64,000 nucleotides of DNA from Geosiphon pyriformis uo1 (lineage: Eukaryota; Fungi; Glomeromycota): positions 426,190-490,189 of the forward strand of contig JAAOMT010000494.1 of assembly GCA_016748015.1 (NCBI GenBank), written 5' to 3'. Both the position numbers and the translations under genes were made by a program. Shown piece after piece: positions 47,275 through 60,700 of the stretch. Under the pieces are notes generated by a model. The model was given only the letters and a program-made list of their open reading frames with translations. It made no database searches and had not been told where the DNA came from. Each line of letters opens with the position of its first letter. Within the stretch, counting starts at the first letter, position 1.

Positions 47275-49745
47275 TTTAGTTTTTTTTATTAATATTTTAC
47301 AAATAAGATCCAAATGTTATTTAATATAATACATTAATCTAAGTAATTTAAACTAAGTATAAATCATCTATTTTTTGCATATAACCAGCCACTTAAGCCA
47401 ATTAAAGCAACACTATAAATTTATTTTGACAGAAATCATAAACCAATACCAGAAAAAAATTTGCAAAGCTTATAAAAACTAAAACTAATACAATGTATTT
47501 TCATAATTTTAAGCAATCTAACAATATTATCAAAAAACATAGACAATAAACCATAGATTTCTAAAAACATAGAACTATTATGTATAATTAAATCTTTTTT
47601 CTTCAAAATCACTTTATATTTAGATTTTACCAATTATATCTCAGCCTAATAAGCTACTTTCAAGTTCTATACCAAATTGATAACTTTTATATTAGTAGTC
47701 TTAGTACAGTTAAAAACAGATACAGTTTCTAAATACTATTCTCTAAACACAAAAACTCTTGTACAAGACAGTATATACAGCATTATCAAATACACACAAA
47801 GAAAATAAAATAATGACAAGTTTAAGCCTAACATAAAATTTTACTAAACCAAATATGAACTAAACAATTTCTTGCAAATATTAGAGTTTATTATATACAT
47901 AAAAAAATAGTTAAAAAGTTTTACTTTTTTACAATAAAAACACAACACACTAAAATATTTTTTATTATATAAAGACTTCCACATAGCAACTGACAAACAA
48001 TAATGCAAAACTTTCATAAAATATAAGTGCAAATTAGTAGTAAACTTACTTATAAAACTAGATGCCATATGTAAATTAGAATATTAAACTAATAATATCT
48101 AATTCCAATCTACATCTTCAATTATGTTATTATTAATATAACTTAACTTAGATTCAATCTCTTAACAAGCATAATAAACAGTTTTAAAAACATTGTAAAT
48201 AAAATAACAAACATTTTCAGATATCATAATTTTACCAGTTTTAATGTATTTTTTTTGGCAAGAACAGAAAACATCAAATTCGAATACAAAGCCAAAATTC
48301 ACTAACTTGTTAGCATACTTATTATCTAAGACACCTGAATAGTCTTTAACCTTAGATTAAAAAATATTAAGTTTTTTAAATCTGATAGTATTTATAATAC
48401 AATGCTTTTCAAGCCAACAAAAATTGTGAAAGTTTAATAAAGCCATATCTAATTCTGTAATACAAGCGTTGTTACCAGTAGAATTTTAGCTATTAATTAA
48501 CATGAAATTACTCTCATAATTCCTATTAATTAGCATATATTATTATTATTTCGATTATCACTTATTATTTAATCAAATCAAATATTATTACTCAATCAAT
48601 AATCCGATTTGTACTCTAGAAATTAAGATGATCAAATTACACAATACTTTAAACCATTTAATATTCAAAAATTGGCCGAAATTAATGAAATTGGCCGAAA
48701 TAATCAAATATTTCAGTGAAATAATTTGTAGTTTGCCAAAATGTATCTTTAGTTTACCCAAATTATAGTAAAAAGAAAAGTGCAAGTTCAAAGACTAGTA
48801 CTACAACAAATTGTATAAAAGAAGAGCTTCTCTCTTCAAGAAAATGTATCTTCTCATAGTATCTTATCATAGTATTCTACTTTAGATATCTTAATTGAAA
48901 CAAATCACCTTTTATACATTCAAATAAAAAAAATTAAATATTCTAAAAACAAATCCTTTGATTATTACACTTGAAATTTTCCAACACAACTAACGTTTTG
49001 AAATTGATTAACTATCAATTTCAATAAACTGTTAGTGATTCCAGGCCTGAATAGAAAACGTTTCCCTTAATAAAATCCTATTTCTTTTACATTTTTTTAT
49101 TTTTCTTTCTTTTTTTTATCATAATCATTAGGGTAGCTTACAGACAAGATTCCTGTAGAAGAGTTGACTTTCACAGCAAAGTAACTACACATTTTTAGTG
49201 AGCTTCCAGACAAGCAATTTCTGGAAAAAAGTTGACATTTACTACAATGTAACTACATAAAATAACTGGCAAGGAATTGGCCATTTCACTTATAAGTCCA
49301 GTGATTCAAATTATAGGAGATAATTTGAAGATAAATTCAGTTACTAAAGGTCCAACTACTTCCTAAAAACGTGAATTCACAGCAAATCAACATTAATAAC
49401 ATTCAAAAAAAAAGACCAAAAACCTCTGGTAACAGCATTTAAAGCAATTTGATTATCTGAATATATCACAACAGCACTAAAAACCAGCACATATTTCAAG
49501 ACCAAAGTAATAGTCTGCAATTCTGCTATTATAGAAGAGACCAAACTACCAATTTTAACATTAATACTTAGATTTATATTAACAAAAAATACAGTCACAT
49601 TACATTTTATATTACAGTCAAGGAAATTTCCTAATTTGTTAATAGAAATCATTCTTTTTATGATAGTAAAAAAAATTAGAAAAGTTTTTGAAAATGATTA
49701 TAGAACACTAAACAAAATTTCTAAAATATTACAATATTCAATTAT
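47275..49745 (-). mobile_element. Old LINE 3' relic (RNase H to 3' UTR), split by solo LTR 48470-49434
   Basis: IAELQTITLVL, YSDNQIALNA|CITEL, YFMKVLHYCLSVAMWKSLY, VLCFYCKKV; eroded 3' UTR at ~47300-47415. Confidence 0.82.
48470..49434 (+). repeat. Solo LTR of family B with 4-bp TSD GCGT/GCAT
   Basis: TGTTACCAG...CTGGTAACA; homologous to 56740-57722; no PBS; LINE frame rejoins across it. Confidence 0.93.
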
Positions 49746-50899
49746 TATAAGTCACCACTGCTATCAGAAGACAATGATAGAACTATTATATCTGGCTTGT
49801 TGTTTGTAAGTATTATGAAAGTTTTAATAATAGTTGACATATAGTACAATACTGCTGCTCTTGATGTTTTGAAAACTGATAGTGTTTCAGAGACTAGTAG
49901 TGCTTTGAAAACTGTTGCTGCAGGTATTAATAAAGTTACTCTGAATCAAACTTTGGCTAACAAGATTACTTTTTCTCCATATTGAGAAAAAAAATTAACA
50001 GATCTACAAGTGAGAATAATGGCCCAATGAGATTCTCCAAAAACAAGTTTGTTAATAAAACATTGTTCAAGCAAATCAACTGGAAATAGAATTTGAATTT
50101 ACTTTTTTTAGGAAAAAAAATGTGACCAGTAATAAAACTCAGAGCATAAAAATTTTGATATATATCCAATAAATATGTTTTCACACCAACTTTGGCATTC
50201 ATAATTAAAAAAGAGCTCCATACTAGCAATAATATTTATTATTTGACTAATATTTAATATTAACAAATGAAAATTTGACTGATAGTTTTAAAGATATATT
50301 AAAAATCAACTTTTTTGGGACAAATAAATCTATGTTGAATGCTTTTCATAATCCAAACATAATCATACAAAATACAAATTTGGATCTAGACTCAACATAT
50401 TATGTTTTAAAAATAAATATATATAATACAATGACAGCATTGACAATAGTAGTTGTCAAAGCTCTATAGAATTTATCCAGTGGTCTTTTTTTTAGCAGCT
50501 AGTAGATATCTCAACTGTATATTCAAATAATGAAACTGGATGGAGTTTAAGATTTCACAAAACATGTATTAGCAAAAAGGCCTGACCTATAATCTTTATA
50601 TTACAGTTTTGGGCAAGAATTTTGTCAAGTATTACATTGAAAAATATGAGTATTAGTGCCACAATAATCACAATTTATATTTCATGCAACTTCCGGACTG
50701 CATATATCAAAATTATTATTCACCATAGAAACAATCACATTATGGATATTGGGTTTATAGTTAATACTTTCAAAAATACAAGCATTGTGTATTAACTAAT
50801 TACAGTTTCAATTATAAATAGTAATGTATCCAACCCAATATAAACAAAACTGTACACAATACAATATATTTCTAACTTCTTAAAGAATATTTATTAGGT

Positions 50900-52536
50900 T
50901 GTCACATAATTAACTTGATAAGCTTTGAAAACATGATCACTTAAAAGAGATATTAGAGAGTTAATAATAGATAATAGTTGTGATTTTATTAACAGATTTA
51001 CATTTTTTGATGATCTGCTTCTTCATTTATTACTGAAATTGGTTTTCAAGTACCTAATAATGTTTTTTTAATTCATCTTACTTTAAGAAAATCTATTCTT
51101 TTCATCCATGCAATTTTACTGAATTTTTTCATTTTTTTGCTTAATATTTATTCATGGTCAATATCATAAAAAACACAATTAAAAACATTTGGATTTACAA
51201 ACTATGTCTTTCTTATCTGAACTTAAAATTGATTTAATTCAACAATAAAACTAGAATGTATACAAGACCTGTATATTTTACTTTTAGAATATTTGATAAT
51301 ATTAAAGAGGTTAGTATGCAATCTCTTAAATTTAATACAGTTATGTGCTGCAATTTCCCAACACCATTGTGAAAATGTAAAAAAGATTAACAATTTGAGT
51401 ATTTTGTTGATTTTTTTAAGTATTGCATCATGGCCTTAATGTTGATTTAAAAGTTTAAATCAAGAAATTATAATTTTTTTTTGAATTAGCTTGCAAACTT
51501 TAGGCTTTAATCATAGCCATTGTTCTTTATCAGCAATTTTAATTAATTAGTAAATAGGATGGCATCAAGCAAACCAAATTGGTACAAACATTTATTTAGC
51601 CATAAATCTTAATGAAGATCTATTAAAACAAACTTCAATGCAAAAGTTAATAATTGCTTGTAAATAAAAAAAGACTTGTTTATATTTTAACCTGAACATG
51701 AGATCTGTTTTATTTTGGGCCTATTCTAAGTAACCTTTAACAAATAGATTTTTCTTAAAAACAATATATGGCCACATTAATCCGGAAATCATAACATGTC
51801 TATATATATTACATATCAAATCCCACAACTTATAATAATTAGAACATTTTTTAAAAAACTGCAGTTAACTTTTATTTCAATATTTCTAACATTATGTAAA
51901 GAATTTTATATCAATATTTCAATTCAGTTCAACAAATGCTTTTAGCATATTTATCTTTTCATGAAGAACACCCAAAACCAATATAAGCCAAGAAAAATCT
52001 TTTTTGATCATTTGTGCACAATAATAAAATACTTCATTATATGTTACTATAATCCATCTGTAACTATCATCTTTAATGCCAGATAGTTCTTCAATATACT
52101 TAAAAATCTTTCGAATATTGGCAATTGAGTTTGAGTTTATGGTTATTGAATCAGAAACATATAATTACATTATATAAATCTCAATTTCCAAATACAATTG
52201 TGCATTTTCAAATGTGTAAGAATAAGGAATGGGTTTTTTTGGTAATCTTAGCTAATTCATTCAATTGATTTATTTTGGTAATTGTTGGTAATTTGTTACA
52301 GCATGCAGAACAAATTTGTTTTTTATTATTAATGTTAAACAATTAACAAGCTAAACATTTTTTTAGAGAACCAATTTGGCTTTAATGTTGTACTAATTTA
52401 TCAATCACATTTGTTTCTTGACTTTTCTTCACACAAAACTCTTCTAAAATAATAGTAAAATAATTAGTAAGTTCTTTATAAATTTTATTTATTATATCTG
52501 AAGTTAAAGAAAATAATTTTTTATATTTCTTTTCAG
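50900..52536 (-). pseudogene. Relic of a DDE-type transposase-like gene (tentatively DUF6589/Academ-like), truncated by A3 insertion
   Basis: One frame over ~390 codons: CLAC..CSAC, INSNSIANIRKIF, WIIVTYNEVFY, WLILVLGVLHEKINMLKAF, CHPIY, H*GHDAILKKINK. Family assignment is from recalled motif pattern only; left end approximate. Confidence 0.6.
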
Positions 52537-53365
52537 TGTTATTCATAGAATATAGGAAGTATATTAGCATATAAATTAGCCAATCAGAGGTAGACATAGT
52601 AAATGTGGAATTTTAGGATTCCTCTTAGAGAAATTGCAGGATTCTAAAAATTTCAGGATTTTTATACAAGGAATTGCAGGATTTCAGAAATTCCAGGATT
52701 TTTGGTGTGAAAAATTGAGAAATTGAGAAATCTCAATTATGTATATATAATGGTAGCATTGTAAGTAGAAAAAACAGATCTCTCAGTTTAGATTTAATCT
52801 AAGCAATCTTTCACATCACAAATATCAATAAATAATTATTCACTATTTCAAATTTACTCTTTACTATCAACTCTTCATGTTGATAGTAATTAATACTTAA
52901 CTACACTGGAACAATAGCTCTTGATCATGGCTATTGATGAGATACTAACATTCATTGCCTTGGCTTATTTCTTTCTTTTCTGTATTATTTTGTTATTTTT
53001 TGTTGTTGACTAATTAATTAAAAGAGTAAAGCACTAAGTTATTAATATTAAGAATAGCCTGGTAAAAGACCCCAAAGGAAAGATATAAAGTTTGATAATT
53101 CATAAATAGCTTACCAGAAAGGCATCTCTGCCAGATTACTGGCCATTATACTGAGAAAAAAATTTGACAAAATTGCAATTCCAAGAAACTACCAAAACAC
53201 TATTGAATCTCTGTTCATTATACAAAAAACTTCAACCCAAATCTTCAAATTTCAAAAATCTTTAGATACAAACAACCTTCAAATATTACCAACCATTTCA
53301 AGCTATTGAGCACCAAGTTACAGGTTTGTTATTTGCTTTGAGACCAGAAATAATCATCTATAATA
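52537..53365 (+). repeat. 5' LTR of A3
   Basis: TGTTATTCATAG...CATCTATAATA followed by PBS TGGTGCTCCTTGTAAG at 53368. Confidence 0.9.
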
Positions 53366-56300
53366 TTTGGTGCTCCTTGTAAGATATAATTTTACAAAAA
53401 ACCAGCACCAATAGCAGTCATCCAAAAGTAACAGAACCAAAAAGAATAGGGACAAACTATTTAGGATTTACCAAATTTTTGTATTAGTATTATTGTCAAT
53501 ACTTGGGATTAACCAACAACCACCTATTAGCAAAATCAGTCTTCAATTTCTATGTCAACAAAAGAATCTCATATTTGCTAAAAGTACTAATAGAAACCAA
53601 CTCAGCCAGAAGAAATTTCTACAACAAATTAATCTAAAACACCAGCCTACTAGCAAATTATAATTTCACAGCAATCCTCACTAAAATCAATAAAGAAATT
53701 GAAATTCACACTTAACAAAAATATCCAATTATTTATGCAAACAAAGACAAAAAAAAACTACAAACACCAGCAGTAATATTTCAAAGAATACAACCACTTA
53801 CTTGAAAGAAAACAAAACTTGAATCACTAACCAATCTATCATACCACTATACATCTGGAAGCACTATCAACATTTCATCAGCAGGCACATCCACATCAAA
53901 TACAAAAACCCTATTGGCACAAATACTTTTTCAAAGTAAACAATCAAAAACTGATCTATTAAGAATCTATGGCAAATATTTTGAGGAATTTAAATTGTGA
54001 TTACCAACACTATCAGGATTTTAATCACCACTACCTCCACCAGATTTTGGAATTACAAGTCCTTAGGAAGTAATGAAATCAGAAAAAAAGGAAAATAACA
54101 ATCAGAAATTCAATTACCAAAACCCAGAAATTGAAACTCCAAATGTTCAAACTTAGCAAAACCCAATTTTAAAAAATCCGAAAATTGAAACTTTAAATCT
54201 TTAAACTCTCCAAAATCAGAACAATCCAAACCCTGACATAATTAATTAACAAAACTTACCTCTAATAAACATGATTGATCAGCCACCAATTGAAAGAATT
54301 CAACAGCTGCAATTACCACATCAACAACAATTACAGCAACTACTTCAACAACTGCTATAAAAACAATAACAAATAGTATATACACCAATTGCCAAGATCA
54401 AAAAATTTACTGGTGAAGAAAATGATGTCCAGGTGTGACTAAACAATGTCAAAAAAGCCATCATAGCCAATGAATAGAATGACACCAGAGTCATGCAAGC
54501 CATTCCATACTTTTTTCAGGATACCACCAACTCATAGTATTAAAGTTTGGCCAACAAATTTCAGGATTTCAATGCATTCAAGCTTGGATTTCTACAATAT
54601 TTTAGCAATAATAATAGTATTAATTGTCTAGCCAATATCTTCACTACCATTAAACAAGGAAAAAATGAAGCAGTCACTACTTACCTAGAACACTTTCACA
54701 GAAATCTGCACTAAATTTAGGCAATACAAGCCAATTATTTTACAGCACCACAAATTCTAAATCAATTTATCAGAGGTCTGCACAGTAGCATCTTTCAACA
54801 TATATGCTCATTACATCCAGCAGACCTTCAAGCCACAATTACTTATGTCAGAGATTTTGAAGCCACTAAATTAAAAGCCAATTATGCCTAAGCCATAAAT
54901 TTAGTAATGAACAGATTATTTGACTTAGATTTTAAGCTAAAACAATTCAGTAACACAATTAACCAGAAATTAGAAAAATACTTAGCTAACAACAATTAAG
55001 CAATTTATTAACCTCTACAACAATACAATAATCAAGGAAACTCTAATTATTTCCAAAATCAACCACATCCATTATTATTAACCAATCAACAGTGACAACA
55101 GGAAATGTATACTTGCCACTATTGTGGTAAACAAAAACATCTGCAATTTGAATGTTGCAAAAGAATAAGCAACCAATGACCGGAAAATCAATACCAAAAC
55201 CCTGATTGCCAATTTCAAATTCTAAATTATCAATTAAACTTAAAATTATATCAACCAAATTATCTATCCATGATGCAGCAGCCAATTTATTAACCCCAAA
55301 AAATTCCAATACCACCATCAAACTCAGCTCAGATAATATCAAGAAATCTCTGATCTAGGATCACTTAAAACTAGAAATTGGCAATGATTGTCTACTAACC
55401 AATTCTCAGCTCATTAAACCAGCCATTGGGATCATGCCAGTAAAGTTTAGGAACCAGATACACCCAAAATTCAAGTTTTCAGAACTATTTAAGCCTCTTG
55501 GTAACTTCAGAAAACATCTTATCTAACAACATAGAACCCAACCAAAAATAACTACTCACCAATAACATATCTTCAGCCACTGTCATCAATAATAAATCTT
55601 TAGCAGCAATTTTTTCTTTCGAACTAGAGGAAGTGACACCAGTACTATTATTTAGTGGAGTCACACTTAATGTCAAACCTATCACTGCTATGTATATAGA
55701 CACCAAAGTTGATGACCATTCTATCAAGCTCATTCTTAATAGTAGATCAGCCAGCAGCATCATTACATGACAATTCATGAACCAATTAGGTTGCTGAGTT
55801 GATCACACTGCCAGTGCCAGGATTATCATGGCTAATGGAGCCACAAAAACTCCAATTGGTAAAATTAATGACTTCTCATTTGAAATCAATAGTATCATTA
55901 CTCTCATCAAAGTCTTGATGATAGAAGCAACACAATACCAAGCACTAATTGACAAAAATTAGTTGTCTAAAACCAATGCAGTGCTTGATTGGACTATGTA
56001 AAAGCTTCAATTCAGTATGAATGGTCAGCACACATGTGTACCAGCCATGTGCAACCACTTTTGGATGAACACAACACCCACACTACTAATAGAATTTGAA
56101 AAAGAAAAAGAAAAACCTACCTGGGAAGCCTATTAAGTCTCGTGGGTTGACATTGATCACAATAAACTACTACTAATACTTTTTTGGAATAACAAAGAAA
56201 AAGGCAAAGAAAAAAACAAAACCAAGGAAACTACAGCCACAGAAGAAATAACCAGTGGCTGAAAATGATCATATTCATATGAACCCATCAAAAAACCACC

Positions 56301-56739
56301 ATATATTTCACTTAAGTGCCAAGATTATGATAAGAAACTTTTTTCCATGAGAGCTTAGATAGCACCCAATGAGAATTACTGGACGGAACCTACTATTATT
56401 GCAAGCCATACCACAGAAAATGGTATGGCTATTTAAAATGACAAGGCAAGTGGGACAATGAACTATGTCTTACTTGTAGAAAACAGTTGCTTGATGAAGA
56501 AATATGAAACAACATTTCTGGTCGAAGAAAAACGTGGAATATTTTATGTCAATACATAATTCTTATAAACAACTGGATCAGTCGTAACACACTTATTACT
56601 GCTGTATAACACTGAGTGATATCTTGCTTAGACAGCTATCCACATGACAAAAATGAGATCTGGCAAATAGCCAATGCTAAGATAAAAAGTGCTTTGTTCA
56701 ACAAAATTCTAGAAATAAAAAACAACCCTCCAAAACTAG
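52537..56739 (+). mobile_element. Ty3/Gypsy family A copy A3 (5' LTR, PBS, gag, protease, Cys-rich domain), interrupted by B1
   Basis: Colinear with 6015-10185; CHYCGKQKHLQFEC; LILNSRSASSII; breaks at ...NNPPKL where the family B LTR begins. Confidence 0.93.
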
Positions 56740-57722
56740 TGTTACCAGACAAAATTAGAGATATTGTTTAGCATGAAATTACTCTTATAAATCTTATCAT
56801 TAATTAGCATATATTATCATTCAAATTATCACTTATTACATTAGCAAAATATCCGAAATTATCATTTAATTAATAACCCAATTTGTACATAACACAAATG
56901 TAACTTAATTGCGATGATCAATCATGCAATACCCTGAATTATGTAACATTCAAAAAGTTCGCCAAAATTTGTAAGAAATTTGCCGAAATAATTGATAGTT
57001 CACCGAAATATCTAATAGTTTGCAGAAATAACTTGTAGTTCACTGAAATGTATCTTTAGTTTAGCAAAATTATAGAAAATAGCAAAGTTCAAGTTCATAG
57101 AATAGTGTTATGACAAGTTGTATAAAAGAAGAGCTTCTTTTTTCGAGAAAATATATCTTATTTCAGATTTAATAATTAGAATCATTCTTTACATACAAAA
57201 ACAAAATAAATATCAAATAATTTGAAAAATCAAATCCTTAATTATTTTCTTTTTAAAATTAATTAATTCTTACTAAAACAGTTTTGAAATTGATTAGCTA
57301 CCAATTTCAATAAACTGTTAGTGACTCCAGGCCTAAATAAAAAAACGTTTTCCTTGATAAAATTCTATTTCTTTTACATTTCTTTTATTTTTCTTTTCTT
57401 TTCTTATTACAATCATTAGGGTAGTCTACAGACGAGATTTCTGTAGAAGAGTTGACTTTCACAGCAAAGTAACTACACATTTTTAGTAAGCTTCCAGACA
57501 AGCAATTTCTGGGAAAGAGTTGACATTTACTACAACATAACTATATAAAGTAACTGGCATAGAATTGGCCCTTCTACTTATAAGCTCAGCAGTTTAAATT
57601 ATAGAAGATAATTTGAAGATAAATTCAGTTACTGGAGGTTCAACTACTTCCTAAAAACGTGAATTCACAACAAATCAACATCAACAATATTCAAGAAAAG
57701 AGACCAAAAACCTCTGGTAACA
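56740..57722 (+). repeat. 5' LTR of B1
   Basis: Perfect 10-bp terminal inverted repeat TGTTACCAGA/TCTGGTAACA; TATAAAA at 57121. Confidence 0.95.
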
Positions 57723-57724
57723 TT

Positions 57725-57740
57725 TGGTGCTTTCCCACAG
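57725..57740 (+). other. Primer-binding site of B1 (ends in a candidate 3' splice site)
   Basis: TGGTGCTTTCCCACAG two bases after the LTR. Confidence 0.8.
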
Positions 57741-60700
57741 AAACAACACAGCAAAAACAACTTCAAAGTGGCGACCACACCAGACACAACAACTCTAGAG
57801 TATTACCAGTTAATTTACATCCACTGCAAGCAAAGATTCAACATTCCAGACGGAATTGAAGTTGTCAAGAAATCAGTATACCAATACATTAAAAACCGCA
57901 TCAACAATTATCTTTTTGGAAATTACAATATCTCAGAAGTTAGAAGCAATCTTTACAATAATTTAGCACACTATTCACAATGAGAAACTGAAAACCTTAA
58001 CAGTGAAACACTTGCCACTTACTTTTAAGAACTTAACTTTAACATTATCAAGTACTGTGAAGAAACATATCCAGTGCAGTCTCAATACTCTATTGATTTT
58101 GAATCAGAGACAGAAACAAGCAACAAAAGCAAACAAAAATTGAAGCAATACTCAAAAACCACCCCAAATACCCCAATACTACCAAAAACAACTGCCAAAC
58201 ACTTACAAACACCTGAACAAGGAACCAGTTCAAAACTTCCACTTACTATTACACCTTTTCCAGCTTCACTTGCACAAACACAAACACCTAATTTACTCTT
58301 AAATTGATTTGCAAGACTAGAAGATTTTACATCACCCAGAAGTCTCACCAGACAACAAGAACCCCTTCAAACTAGTTCCAATCTCCTTGACTTTCTAGCT
58401 GAAAATTGAAGTAAACACTCTGAGACAGCAGTAAACGAAGAAAATGACTCTGAAATATCTGAAAAAGAATCAATAGACAGTGAAAACAAAGAAGACAAAA
58501 TGACAGCATATATTGCAAAAATCCCTGAATTCAATAGAGAAGACATTGAGACCAGTCCCCAAGAATGACTTAACCAAGTTACTAAAGCTGGAGATGCAAA
58601 TGGATGGAATGCTGCCAGAATGTTAAGAACAATTTCCTATTTTCTCAAAGGAACAGCAGACAAATGGTTCGAAAACTTGACCACCCCTTTTAATGACTGG
58701 ACAGCTTTCAAAACTGCCTTCTTAGAACAATTCACCGATAACAACACCTCAATCACACTTCAAAATTATTTTCGCAATATCAAATAAGAACTCTCCAAAT
58801 CTGTCATAACTTATATTGGGAAATTCAACAAACTTCTCAGACAAATTTGTCAACTTGAAACTAATGATTATTATTCTGATGCTCAAATCTTGGATCAATT
58901 TATTGCTGATCTAAAAGATAAACTGATTAAAAAAATTTGCTCACATGTCCCAGAAGATTTAAACTCTGCCATACAGTATGCAAAAAGATATGAAATGGCC
59001 ATGGAAGAAACCAATCACACAAAACTTGTAAATTTGGCAATTGGAGAAACCAGCTTAGTAGCTGAGAAGAAAATTGACCAACTGACAAAGAAGATTGAAA
59101 ACTATTTCACCAATCAACAACAACAGCAACCCCAAAGATATCAATCACTCCAAAAATGAAATCAAAATAACTTTGCACCACTTTCTAATAACCAGCCTCA
59201 GAATTGCCATTACTGTGGAATCTCTGGCCACTGGAAAAGAAATTGCAGAAAGCTACAGCGAGACCAACAAAATAGAAATAATCAACGTTACCCTCCACCA
59301 CAGCAATCTTATTATCAACCACTACCAGCTTACTATCCACCAAGACCCCAATACCAAAATAACTATTATCAGCCTGTCCCACAGCCAATCCAACAGCAAT
59401 ACCAACAACCACCCACACAACATTACCAAATACCTGCTTGAAGATTGATTCCACAAAACCAATTTACACTACAAAACCAATACCAAGTAAATAACAATAG
59501 AATCAGTTCAAACAACCAATTGGTTCCCCAAAATTCTACTCAACCAAGACCCAACCACTATTACACTCAACCCAGTTATTTAACAATACCTGAAGAACAG
59601 AATTTTTATCATACTGTACTCTCGGAAGGTAGAGCTGCAGCACAACAACAAAACCCTTCCTGTACTCCTACCACAATTCCACCAGCCAGAATTGCTGAAA
59701 ATGCCAACCTTTCAGATATATTTCTCTTCGAATTTGAAGCAAATAAATCACCATTCTTGCTTAGCAATGCAGCGGCTAATAAGCAAAAAGCCATCACTGC
59801 AATATACACAGAAGCTGAAGTAGAAGAAAAGTCAATTCGCTTGATCCTAGACAGTGGATCCACCAGAACCATTATTACTTATTAGTTGATGCAACAGTTA
59901 AAGAAAAATGTTAACCAACCAGCTCAGACAGTAATCGTCACTGCTGATAGCATGAAAAAGACTCCAGTAGGAGAAATTGACAATTTTTCGTTTACTCTTG
60001 ATGGAATTACCATTCCAGTCAAAGTTCTTGTAATAGATGCTCCCCAGTATCAAGCTCTTGTTAGAAACAATTAGCTCCAAAAAGCCAATACAAAATTAGA
60101 CTGGGAAACCCAAGAACTACAAATCTCTTACCAAGGACAACATGCCTAAGTACCTGCCATTTGTGATATATTTAACAAACACTCCAAAAAAGCCCCAGTT
60201 TTTGAATTCGAACCAGAAAAAAAAAAACCAATAATTGAAACATTTATGGCTCTTGGATCAATGTCCAATTGGGCTGATGAAACTGAACAAGAACATTTTA
60301 CTCCACACTCTGATCCCGAAACCCCTGGATAAAATATCCTTTACTCAAAGTCTGAACCAAAGAAACAATGCCCCTATATTTCTCTTAAATATAAAGACTG
60401 TCACAAGAAACTATCATCAATGGGAGCCTGCATTTCACCTGAAGAAGAATATGAAAATCATACTTGTTACTACTGCAAGGCTTGCCACAGAGAATAATAG
60501 GGCCATCTAATAAAAAGAAGTGGAAAATGGGACAACACTCCTTGTTTGACTTATGGAGATATGTTACCAGAAGAATGCAATTGAATTGATGTAGCAATAA
60601 GAGAAGAAGTCTGTGATCAAACCTGCCAATATGCTTTATCAATTTCAAAAAAAGTCAAAAGAGGAACACTCTTTGATGCAGCATACAACAGTGCTCTCAA

